Positions 26,076 through 37,894 of a stretch of 64,000 bases of DNA are shown here, piece after piece (position 1 is the stretch's first letter; every line of letters starts with the position of its first letter). The notes beneath the pieces are model-generated. The model did no database searches, was not told the DNA's origin, and saw only the letters and a program-made list of their open reading frames with translations. Position numbers and translations under genes: made by a program. Source of the DNA: Guillardia theta CCMP2712 (Eukaryota > Protista > Cryptophyta); contig NW_005434624.1 of NCBI RefSeq assembly GCF_000315625.1, forward strand, positions 451,100-515,099. Direction: 5' to 3'.

Positions 26076-27965
26076 TTATAATAATCTTGATTTCCATATA
26101 TTGCCTTCTTTGTATAGTTGATATGTTATTGTGCTTGCGGTTGTTGGCTTGGCATTTCCACCAGTTGCAATGATATCATTCAATCTTTTAACTATCTTTC
26201 GAGCTGTTATTTTGTCCTTGTTATTTTCGTATTGCTGTTTTTTCCTATCTAATATATCGGCTTTCTTATTATCATAATATTTCTTTTGTCTTTCGCGCTC
26301 TGATATGCGAGGGTCTTTTATAGGTGGTTTTATTGGTTGCCTTATTGTTGGCGAAGCCAAGCGTAGCGTAGGTTGTACTGACTCGATAGATTGAATCTCA
26401 TCGGTTGGCTCTTGTTTAATTCTCACAGCTGCAGGGGGTGCAGGCTCAAGCTCAATCAATCCTTTCTCTTGCTTTATTGTTATCATCTCATTTTTAGACA
26501 ATGATTTTTTATATGTTGCTTGTTGTTGCATAACTGAGTTCCTCATTTTTAGGGCGACGTCCTGCAAAATCTTGTTTGGTGTATTGTTCTGATATAACCA
26601 CGTAATAAATGAAGATCTGAACATATTGACGTTCAATTGATGCTTATCAAACATATATTTTAGATATGTTTGCATATTTGCCTTTGCTGGTTTATTTTTA
26701 TCTTTTATTTGTGTTATGAAATATTCACGAGGATATAGGGCATAGCTCTCACGAATGAAATCACTTAATTTAAAAGCAAATGATGAAAGATTCTCGCTTA
26801 TCTTTGCTTTGGTGTTAATCATATAGCCGACAAAGTACCTTATAGCTCCGTGCTTTTTCTTATCCTTATTGAATACATATTCACATAGCTTTGATTTGTC
26901 ATTTGGAATATAAATATAATCTGTGTTGTTATTAAGATTATTCAATGTGCTTGTAAATTTACAATCTGACAATTCAAGCCTTACCGGTGGCGTGTATAAA
27001 TACGCTTGTAAAATTAAGGCATACATATGCAGTTTATAAGTTAAGGGGTCATTTTTACCTTTGTTTTTGAGTGATTCTCTAAATTGTTTATTCATTTCTT
27101 CAACAAGGTCAAGCAATGCACCATAAGGAATAAATTTTAATTCTTCATACTTATTGAGTTGATTTTTTCCTTCTTCATCCTTAACAATTGCAAAATCGAA
27201 ATCGGTCGCAAGTATCACAAGTTTTTTATGCAATTCATTATCTGGACCAAATGCAATCTTAAACAATCTAGCAAAATCGTATATATCATTTCTAATTGTG
27301 GCGACTGATTGGCCCTTGTTAAATCTGATGATTAATATCCTATTTAAAAGTTTTCTATGGTTCTCTATAATCCATTTAAGATCTTGCAAATCTTGCGGCA
27401 CATCAGGAACATTCTTTATTATAAAATTCACCATCGAGACAACCCTTTTATCAGATTTCACGGGTCCAACATTGGCATATTTATTTTGTTTCAAATCTTC
27501 CAATGTAGGCACAACATTATATTTTATCTTCTTATATTGTTCTGGTGTATAGTCTAGCTTATATATTCCATTAGTCCAGGCGTTGGGGCCATTAATATAT
27601 GAATTAATACTTTCAACCATAGCCTCGAATTTATCCCATAGTGTAAAGGCTTTAGTTGCATCCGAGAATTGATTGAAATCAAGCAATTTTAAAGAGTTTT
27701 CATAAGCTTGAGAGCTGGCATCATTCATAAGCTTAAGCTCTTTGTAAAATTCAATATCACGGGGCGCCTTGTTGATGCTCTTTGCTTGTGCTGGTTTGGG
27801 TTGGCGCAGCAAGGCTGCTTCGCTGCCGCGTGTTTGCTTTGGCTGATTTTGTTTTGGTTGCTTTGGTTGATTCTTCGATTTCTTGGGCTTTTGTGCCTTT
27901 GGAGCTTTAAAGTTGTCTGGCTTGAACTTCTGAACTGGTTGAGGGTTTCTTTTTTGGCGATTCAT
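26076..27965 (-). CDS. Tyrosine recombinase of the virophage/PLV (OLV11-like) type, 629 aa
   Basis: YTPPVR (catalytic R), FNKDKK (K), NVNMFRSSFIT (HxxR-equivalent), ALKMRNS and ATYKK (Y). Basic N-terminus and C-terminal KKYYDNKKADI-type basic repeats. Confidence 0.75.
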   Translation of the reverse strand: MNRQKRNPQPVQKFKPDNFKAPKAQKPKKSKNQPKQPKQNQPKQTRGSEAALLRQPKPAQAKSINKAPRDIEFYKELKLMNDASSQAYENSLKLLDFNQFSDATKAFTLWDKFEAMVESINSYINGPNAWTNGIYKLDYTPEQYKKIKYNVVPTLEDLKQNKYANVGPVKSDKRVVSMVNFIIKNVPDVPQDLQDLKWIIENHRKLLNRILIIRFNKGQSVATIRNDIYDFARLFKIAFGPDNELHKKLVILATDFDFAIVKDEEGKNQLNKYEELKFIPYGALLDLVEEMNKQFRESLKNKGKNDPLTYKLHMYALILQAYLYTPPVRLELSDCKFTSTLNNLNNNTDYIYIPNDKSKLCEYVFNKDKKKHGAIRYFVGYMINTKAKISENLSSFAFKLSDFIRESYALYPREYFITQIKDKNKPAKANMQTYLKYMFDKHQLNVNMFRSSFITWLYQNNTPNKILQDVALKMRNSVMQQQATYKKSLSKNEMITIKQEKGLIELEPAPPAAVRIKQEPTDEIQSIESVQPTLRLASPTIRQPIKPPIKDPRISERERQKKYYDNKKADILDRKKQQYENNKDKITARKIVKRLNDIIATGGNAKPTTASTITYQLYKEGNIWKSRLL

Positions 27966-28047
27966 CCTTTATAATATATATAGATAATTATTTTTCTTAT
28001 GTAGTTTTATGTCTCCTTACATACAAAACAAAAATAAGATCATTTTT

Positions 28048-28159
28048 TTATTTATCATATTCTTTTGATCCTTTTTTGACTATGCACCAAGTGCCAGAAT
28101 GACCTTTATTGAACTCTTTGAGAGCTTGAATCCAGGTGTTGCCTTTTCTAGGTACTCAT
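28048..28159 (-). pseudogene. Frameshifted small PLV/virophage-type ORF (VPRKGNTWIQALKEFNKGHSGTWCIVKKGSKEYDK)
   Basis: Manual translation. The ATG at 28159 is one base out of frame with the W..ALKE.N.G...WCI.KKG..EY motif, and the stop falls within an A-run. Confidence 0.5.
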
Positions 28160-28244
28160 TTATAATAAAGAAAGATAGATAAAAAATATAGTTTTATTAA
28201 GTTAGAAATAATATATATATAGTATAATAGAGTATATTTTGTTA

Positions 28245-28595
28245 GGCGAAGGGAGGCGAAGGGGTGGCGAAGGGGAAGGCGAAGGGGGACCGTCAGTATG
28301 TTTTAGCTGGGTACAAGGGTAAAAGAAGGGTAAAAAGAGGATATATAGACGTTAGGCGAAGGGGCGAAGGGTGAAACTCAATTTTTCAGGATAATATATA
28401 TTTTTGTTACTTCATGAGGTATATAAAATAGAATATGAAAATAGAATTTCACCCTTCGCCCCTTCGCCTCCCTTCGCCTAAATAAATTATGCAAGTTATA
28501 GAGCCAAAAAATAAAAGAAAAGAATAATTAAGCCGTGTGTGTGGGCGAAGGGTGAATATTGGCGAAGGGTGAAATTCAATTATTGCCCCTTCGCC
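28245..28595. repeat. 12 copies of GGCGAAGGG in both orientations, including a perfect 23-bp inverted repeat around an AT-rich spacer
   Basis: Forward copies at 28245, 28255, 28266, 28278, 28355, 28363, 28544 and 28561; reverse copies at 28452, 28460, 28470 and 28587. Inverted repeat arms at 28354-28376 and 28447-28469. Confidence 0.9.
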
Positions 28596-28785
28596 TCTTT
28601 TGTTACTTATATAACCCTTGAAGGATTCATAATTTTCATAGATATTATGTTTGCTCTGGCCCACTCCGTGGGTACGCTCGTTTATATTTGGTTATATTGT
28701 GTAATAATGCGCAGCAATGTGCAGCCACGATTTACATTAGGCATTTTTGTTACTTATATAATATCATAATTTGCATTGATATTAT

Positions 28786-31700
28786 GTAGAGCTATGGGAT
28801 CTAGGTAGGATTCAATGTATAACACATTTTTTTCTGTGAGGTTTATAGTTCAAACTATAGATTGGACTTAGCGAAAATTCATGCCGGTGGCGATGGAAGG
28901 AAGATAGATCGCAATTGTTCTCAGTATGCTGTTTGTTCCTGACAAACCAAACAATGCATAACATAGGGAAATCATTTCTCCATCGATTGTCTAGGCTTGT
29001 ATTCTCTAATTATGCAATATGAGAGTAACAAACAGCATTGAACCTCGCTTGATGGAAGAAAACCTCTACGACATATGCTTGTTCTGAACCTTGTAGTCAT
29101 CTGATCATGGCATGGGACGTTTGATCGAAGCAATTCAAAAAGTTATTCTGGAAACAATGCACTGACTTCCATGATCATGGCTGAATATCGACAATCGTTC
29201 AGCGTATTCAAGTACTTTTATTCCATGTTCAAAGAAAACATCATCCTGACTATTCTCAACGACTTGATGCAGATGAGCCTGAGTTCTTCTTGAATTTTTT
29301 CCTTAACTTCTTCACGAATGTATTCCATTTCAATTGCCCTCTGCGGAAACTGTAGCCCGAGTCTACATTGATCCAACTGTAGAAAGACGACTCATACTTG
29401 ACAAAAATCTCCTGCGATTCCCTGAACATGCGCCTGACTCCGGTTCCTCTTTTCAACTCTTCAAACCTCCTTAGTTCTGTATCCCTCTCGTCTGCATCCT
29501 TGTCAGCTAGCACGTTGTTGATATGCTGCTCAAAACATTTCACGAGAAACTTCACGTCTGAACGTCGCTTTGTATTGCTTTGTCCAGGCTTCAACTCCCC
29601 TGCAGAAACATTTTTCAAAGGGGGAATTTGTCTTTTCTCGTTTCCACAGAACCACAAATTCCATGCCGATAATGGGGTTTCCAGCTCTTCTGTCAAAAGT
29701 ACTTCTTCCAGAGCCGACGCGCTTGCCCCAGCTGCTTCATCAATGGAACCACCCGTGTCTCTGCTCTCATTCACTCCAACAGTGTCTGCCGGTATTACGG
29801 TGCGCTCCTCTCTCCTGCGACCAGACTCAACAACACTCTGACCTGAAGCCTCGGGGTCCCTTTGCTGAACATCTCTCTGTGATCCACTTGCTTCCCCTCC
29901 CGTCTCCATAATCACCTCCCGTATGATAGCTTTGAACTCATCTCGATTCTCTAGCAAGCCTTGGCGAAAGAAATCCTTTGCTGATTGTCCACACTCATTT
30001 GGTATGAAACCAACTTGTCGCCTCTCCGAACTTGAAACTCCTTCTGCCAATGCCTGGTTGCCCCGGCTAGATTGCTTGAACTCCAGAACTTCTCTTTGTA
30101 TTTTTTCTAGGGACGCCACAACCTTGTCATTGTGGACATATTGATGAACGTGTGGAGGAATGCCTGTCGCTTCCATTCTGCCTCTTGCTTCCTTTGGCAT
30201 GCAGCAAACAACCTTTGATTTCAAAGTATTCAGCATAGCTTCGTCCTGAAACAAGGTTGACTTCCAAAGAGGATGATTCCTCTGCAAATTCGTTCTGAGG
30301 AAGTCTGCATGGTATAACACGGATGCGAGTGCAAACTCCGCAACTCCATACATGCACATGGGTAATGTTGGGAACAGCATCTGAATCGCACTTGTGACCA
30401 TCCCTGACGAGTCAGCTTCTTTGAAATGCGGCGGAAGAATTGCAAACTCTGATGAGTCGATGGGAAGCCCTGTTATAGTACGTCCAACAAATGCATCACC
30501 TGCTGCTTCATATCGTAGATACGTGTTGAAAACTGCTCCATTGGACCATCCCGCTCGCTCCGACACGGCACTGCTCGATGGACAGTGAGTACTCCCGGAT
30601 GAACAATAAGTTGCTGCCCCCTTCCTAATAGAGTGACTTCCAAGATCCTCTGGTTGTAAACCGAGTGAACGCAGATGGGCAGTAACTGCAGTCTGAACTG
30701 CATCCATACCATTATGATCATCATGCCTTTCCGCGGTCTCGTCAGTGTCAGAGGGACTCGGGGCTGCTGATTGATTCGGTGGCATCATTATTTTTGAAAG
30801 AACCTGCATGAAACGCTTGTATTGTGATCTGCCTGGAAACAGGGACAGTTCATCTGGTAAATAGCAAAGCAAATAGATTCCTAATGCCAATATGGGACAG
30901 ATCTCAGGATAAACTGGATTTGCATAGACTCTCCTGGGGTCTCTAGGCTTGTCACCGCTCTGATCTGTTTTCGAGTGAGCAAAGAAAATTTGGAGATGAT
31001 CTTCATTCCAGCACATGTGGTTGAACTGAATAGATTCGGCGTTTCCAGCGCGACACATAAGATTCCAACAAATGATGAGAAAGGTGCGAGCGAAAATGTA
31101 ATTTCTCTTGTCGGAAAACATCATGGTTTTGCAAAACAAACGATAGGTTGTCATGCTCATAGGTTCTTTGCCTGTTGTTATCTTCAGTACACCCGTTGCA
31201 TCCATCTGATTCAGATCTTTCTTGAGGCCAACATAGAATTCTTGAAGAGCATTCTTGAATTCCACCGGTAGGTCTTTCTGAAAATCTCTGAAAAAGCTGT
31301 TTATTGCCGATCGATGATTACTGTAAGTTGCAAAACCATTGTTCGGTGAAACGCTGAGCAGATGCGTGATCCACATACAGAAATAGTCTGCGTCTAATTG
31401 ATCGAAATGAATCGGGTAAACTCTTGGGGCATTCCCTGTTTCAATGCTTCAGAGAAAAAAATGCCATAAATGGCAACTTCTAACCTGTCCAAGATACAGA
31501 ATTCTCGTCCAGTACCGTTCGTATGATCCTCTTCGATGGTAATGGTGGATCTCCTTCTTCCATATCTCTTTCAATCAAATCTTTGAATTCCATTGTCAAC
31601 AGAAAAGGATTGTTTCGATACACGAACTGTATAAAACGGACAACGCTAGATGTATATGCAGCTCTTGAATTTTGCGAAACCCTTTTCGATCGGATTTCTG

Positions 31701-32218
31701 AGATTCTTTGTCCCACGAGCTGCATCCAATGGTTGTCGGGCCTCGTTACCTGTTCTCTGACGTTTTCTTCGGCCCCCGATTTGAGGCCTCGGTGTGGCCT
31801 CTCCTGGAATTACAACTGCTTCCTGGACCTGCATGTCCTCCAAAGGATCGCCTTCATCTTCGTTGACATTCGGAGACTCTACTTGGCTTACCTCCTCCAT
31901 TTCATCTTCAACTTGTCTCTCAGCCTGTGCTTCCATCCCACAAAGAAATGTGCGCTCTGACTCCTACCAGAATCCTCCCCGTGTTGAAATGAACCCGTTT
32001 GCACGAGCAGACAGAGTACCCTGGGTACCCTAGTTAACTCCTTCCAAATTACCCCTCCTGAGTTTGGTTTCAGCATAATGACCTTAGTAGAGAAATGAGA
32101 GTTCAATATTTGAATATTTACTTGAAAAGTTTCAAAAAACACTCCCAAACAACAAGAGCTTCAACCTAAAGACATGTCCTAATCCTAAACTGTAGGATTC
32201 AAGCTAAAGCTCTAGTAG
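28786..32218 (-). mobile_element. Full-length Crypton (tyrosine-recombinase DNA transposon, CryptonS-like); right boundary inferred
   Basis: Left end defined by identity with the second copy. Right end suggested by TAGAGCT...AGCTCTA inverted ends, a GTAG direct repeat and GTAGGATTCAA near both ends. Confidence 0.8.
29256..31936 (-). CDS. Crypton tyrosine recombinase with C-terminal GCR1-like DNA-binding region; 3 exons (31936-31750, 31697-31485, 31435-29256)
   Basis: Motifs WNLMCR, HSKTDQ, YANP..PEICPILALG, LGSHSIRKG, RAGWS and NTYLRY. C-terminal AWNLWFCGNEKRQIPPLK. Introns 31698-31749 (52 nt) and 31436-31484 (49 nt) restore one continuous frame. Confidence 0.88.
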
Positions 32219-32233
32219 GCCTGATTAGGCCCG

Positions 32234-32399
32234 CCTCAGAACAATCCGACTCGTCCCGAGGCGGGCCCGTGTAAACCGGTAGGATATTTTCCTTCTTGGA
32301 ATCCTCCCAAAGTACTATAAGTTTTCGCAAGTTGCGACGCATGGAGAAGAGGGGTGGTTCGTTGAGCGAGACCGAAATGATCATCGGATGGTTCTGAGG
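32234..32399. repeat. 166-bp element bounded by 16-bp inverted repeats (MITE-like or structured RNA)
   Basis: CCTCAGAACAATCCGA (32234-32249) versus TCGGATGGTTCTGAGG (32384-32399), 15/16 complementary. Confidence 0.45.
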
Positions 32400-34731
32400 G
32401 TGCTGTACGGTAGTAGGCTGAGGGGCATATCGCCACAGGACCGGGCCCGGGCAGGCTGCCGCGGCCTCACTCAGGCTAATAAAAAGTAACTTTACTCAAA
32501 GTATCTAGTACGGAGGCTGTCATATCGAACCTTTATTGAAATATTCAAAGCCAACTATACTTTTAAATCATTGGCAATGTAAAATGTAATATAAGTTATC
32601 GATCACTTTTCACGGCTGTATTCAAAGCCGCGGCATGAGGCTGACTGAGAGAGTCGGCGGGGGCCTAAAGTTGACTAAAGAACCTCAGTGAACGGTTAAA
32701 AATAACTCAGTTAAAAATCAGGCTCACTGTAGTAGTCACCTCCCAGCCTACCGTACTGACTCGGATGGCAAACTTGAAAGTTTGAACCGGGGGTGACCGG
32801 CCGTCACGGTGATGCCACTGATGAGTGATCGGAGAGTCTTTACAGTTATGGCCCGGGTTACCGTACGTGACTAGGCTGGTGAAAAATTCATGCAATTCCA
32901 AGTTCAATGATTCTATCAAGCCGCTTAACGTGGCACAACTTGACGACGGTGGCACCGTGCCGGACCGGGTCACCGTGCCGCGGCGGGCCGCCCGCCGGGA
33001 CTCGAGACTCGAAAAGCGGCTGATATTTCATATTGAAGTCTGAGAACTTGATACTGTGACAGGCCGCTTTTACCGCGGCGGCCAGGCTGGCCGCATAATT
33101 CGATCCGGTACGGTCACCGGCCCGACGCCGTCCGATCACGGTGCCGGGCGCCCGGCCCGGGGTGACTCCCGGCTCCGGGGACGCGGCGGCGCCGCCGCGT
33201 TCAACTTGATAGCCGTTGGCGAGCCTGAGAGATCTCGTTCCGAAGGTCGACCATCATTGGATCGGATCTTAACTCTCACCGTGCCATGGGATCAAACCCG
33301 GGGGGGCGGTTCCGGGCCTCGAGTCCGGGCCCGGCGAGGGCGGGCCGGCCAGACTATCAAAAATCCCACTACTACCCCTCAGAAAAGCAAGTACCCTACC
33401 TTTCTCTTGGAAAATCGTATGCCACTACCCCTATAAAATACCTACCCCACCCTGCGAGCGTCAGACCTCATCCCTTCCTTGAATAACACTGCCCTTTTGC
33501 TAGCGTGACCCTTCGGGGAGAGCTCATACCACCGGTACTTTACCATGCACCTGTTCTCCTAGGGGTAGTTGACAAGCTTTGGATGGGTAGGGTACGTGGA
33601 CTGTTGGCAATCCTGGGGTAGTGATAAATAGAAAATCACAGAATTCGTAGGGGTACTAGAAATTACATGAGACAGGGGTAGGGTAATTAGTTGTGGTGCG
33701 TAAGGGTGGGTGGTGGAGACATCGCAATGGTGTGGTCGACGAGGAGACAAGACTCGAAGTTGATCGACGTATGCGCTGGTGAGATGAATTAGGATGAAGG
33801 AAACGAAAGAAATACATTGATAGAGGAAAGTTGACCAGGAAGCGATGATGAACTCTATGAGAGAAGTCCAAAACATGGTGGTAGCTTTGAGAACTAATGA
33901 TAGGAGAAAACCCACGTGTGATCGTGATGTCGTATAGGAAGTTCCAATAGGTAAATTACTGAAAATTCAAGGCATATCAAGTGTAGTTTATCATCCAATC
34001 CAGATTTTGTATAGTTTATGATTGCTTTAACCCCGATGCTATCACCCAGTCCATAGTGCTAAATGCGGGAGAAATGAATTTCATCAAATGAAACACAAAA
34101 TGGATTTATGGACACATCCCCGTTCACAGAAGACAATGGTGTGCAATAAGTATTGTGAGGGAAACTATGTCTAAGATTGTGGACAAATCAGCTTCCTGCC
34201 ATGCCCTCTTGGACAATTACAGTTGGTAGATAAAGAATCTTGACGCAGTCAGGTTATAGTGCATCGATAGGAAGCAGAACAGCAGAACAGTTGCAAAGCA
34301 GTGGAGATTCTCTCGTTGTAGCGCTAGCGAAGAATGAACGATGTGAACACTAACGTTGATTTATGGCAGCCAACTCTGTAGGATTTGAGCAGACTAAGAA
34401 GTGCATCAATACGTACAAGATGCATCCTGCGGTAATTCTGATGTAGTCTACGATCAGCAGCATGTGAAAAGAAAATATCACAGGCTCGATTAGCGTATCT
34501 AAGGGAGTATGCGAATGGCAATCCGTACAAATAGGTATGCAGTGAACTTGCTCTTTCGGTGTCTTCCAACTTATGGCTTGTTTCGCAGTGCTTCCTCTGA
34601 TGGAAGCTTTGTGTGGAGAGAAGCATAGATTGATTGTCAATACATTCCAACAAGAATATCAATGTGCCAGAGTTTGATTTCAAAGTTTACACTTGCCGAC
34701 GAGGAAATTTGAAATGTTCAGATTTCATCCT

Positions 34732-36810
<2,079 letters not shown>

Positions 36811-37894
36811 ATGCTATTCGTACGATGGTATCTTTGCCCTGTGTGTTCGCACGTCCTCTACTTCTTTCTTCCTCTCCTCTCTTCTCCATCCTGCGCTCGT
36901 TCCCGTTGAGAACCCGCATTATGGAGTAGCTGTCATTTTTGGGCAATATTGAAATCAGGCATGAAATTTCGACCACTTTTTAAACTTTGAGCCCGACCGC
37001 ACCAGACTCGGGGCCCCGGGCCAGTCGGGCCAGGACTGGCGCGGGCGGGCCTCCGATCGGACGGGTGAACATTCGATGATCGGACTGGCACGACGTTAGT
37101 ACGTTACAAGCCAGCCTGGGCCAGGCCGGGCGGCCCAGTACCGTGACTCACGTGCCGTCATGCGGCAGTGCGGACGGGGTGACGGCAGTGCCAGTGTGAT
37201 CCGGCGCCGATGATAATCGCTACCAGCCGTGCCAGTCATCTAGATTATCTTAGTAGTATTCGCGAGCAAAAACCGTCACAGGCTCCGCCGAGGCTCAAAC
37301 TCAGATCTCAGTGTTGCAGCTGAGGTCGCCGATGATCTGCCCGGCGCACTGTGACTGATCATTAGTGACTTCGCCGATGAAGTTCGGCATACTGCTGAGT
37401 ACAAGCCTAACTTGACAAATGCCGCCAACCAGTGGCATGCTCCGACTATCGGCAGCCGCCCGGCCCCGGTACCGTCTGGCAGCGGCGGGCTGTTTGAGCC
37501 GCTGAGCCTCGGAGCCCTGCCGCCCAGCTGCCCCACCGTGCGCACCGAGGGAGTTTAGAGGGGGTACTGAAGCCTTCAACTGAACTGCCAGCCTTGAAGC
37601 GGCCTGTCGGCGGCGGCGGCTGCTGCCAAGTCAGTGGCAAGAAACAATATTAGCAAGAAACAATATTATCACGAGTCAACAATATTATGACGAGTTATTC
37701 TTTAATTAAAGTGAAGTGATTGTCATAGTACTTTGAGCGGCAGAGATGCACTGATGGGGGGCTCTCAGGCTACCCTGGCATAGTAAGATGATGCAATATG
37801 ATTGATTCAACAACTGTGACGGTCACTCGAGGAATCTTCAAGCAGCAGACATTTCACTACCTGCGGGCCCCGCACTGCGGCACTGCATGCCTCT

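Larger units (their letters stand above)
25013..28785 (-). mobile_element. Endogenous Polinton-like virus / virophage-like remnant
   Basis: Markedly AT-rich versus the host, with intronless co-oriented ORFs, short AT-rich spacers, Prim-Pol and a PLV-type tyrosine recombinase. No capsid or packaging ATPase is seen. Confidence 0.7.

Noticed and set aside
20002-30396. LTR pair of a retrotransposon
   Set aside because: The 1.6-kb direct repeats are the coding 3' part of a Crypton, with no TG...CA ends, PBS or gag-pol.
32234-32399. U3 snoRNA or hammerhead ribozyme
   Set aside because: GATCATTTC and GATGA words are present, but U3 box order and length and the hammerhead CUGANGA core are not matched.
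33559-34690. Short ORFs / possible degraded retroelement fragment
   Set aside because: No diagnostic motif; composition alone is insufficient.
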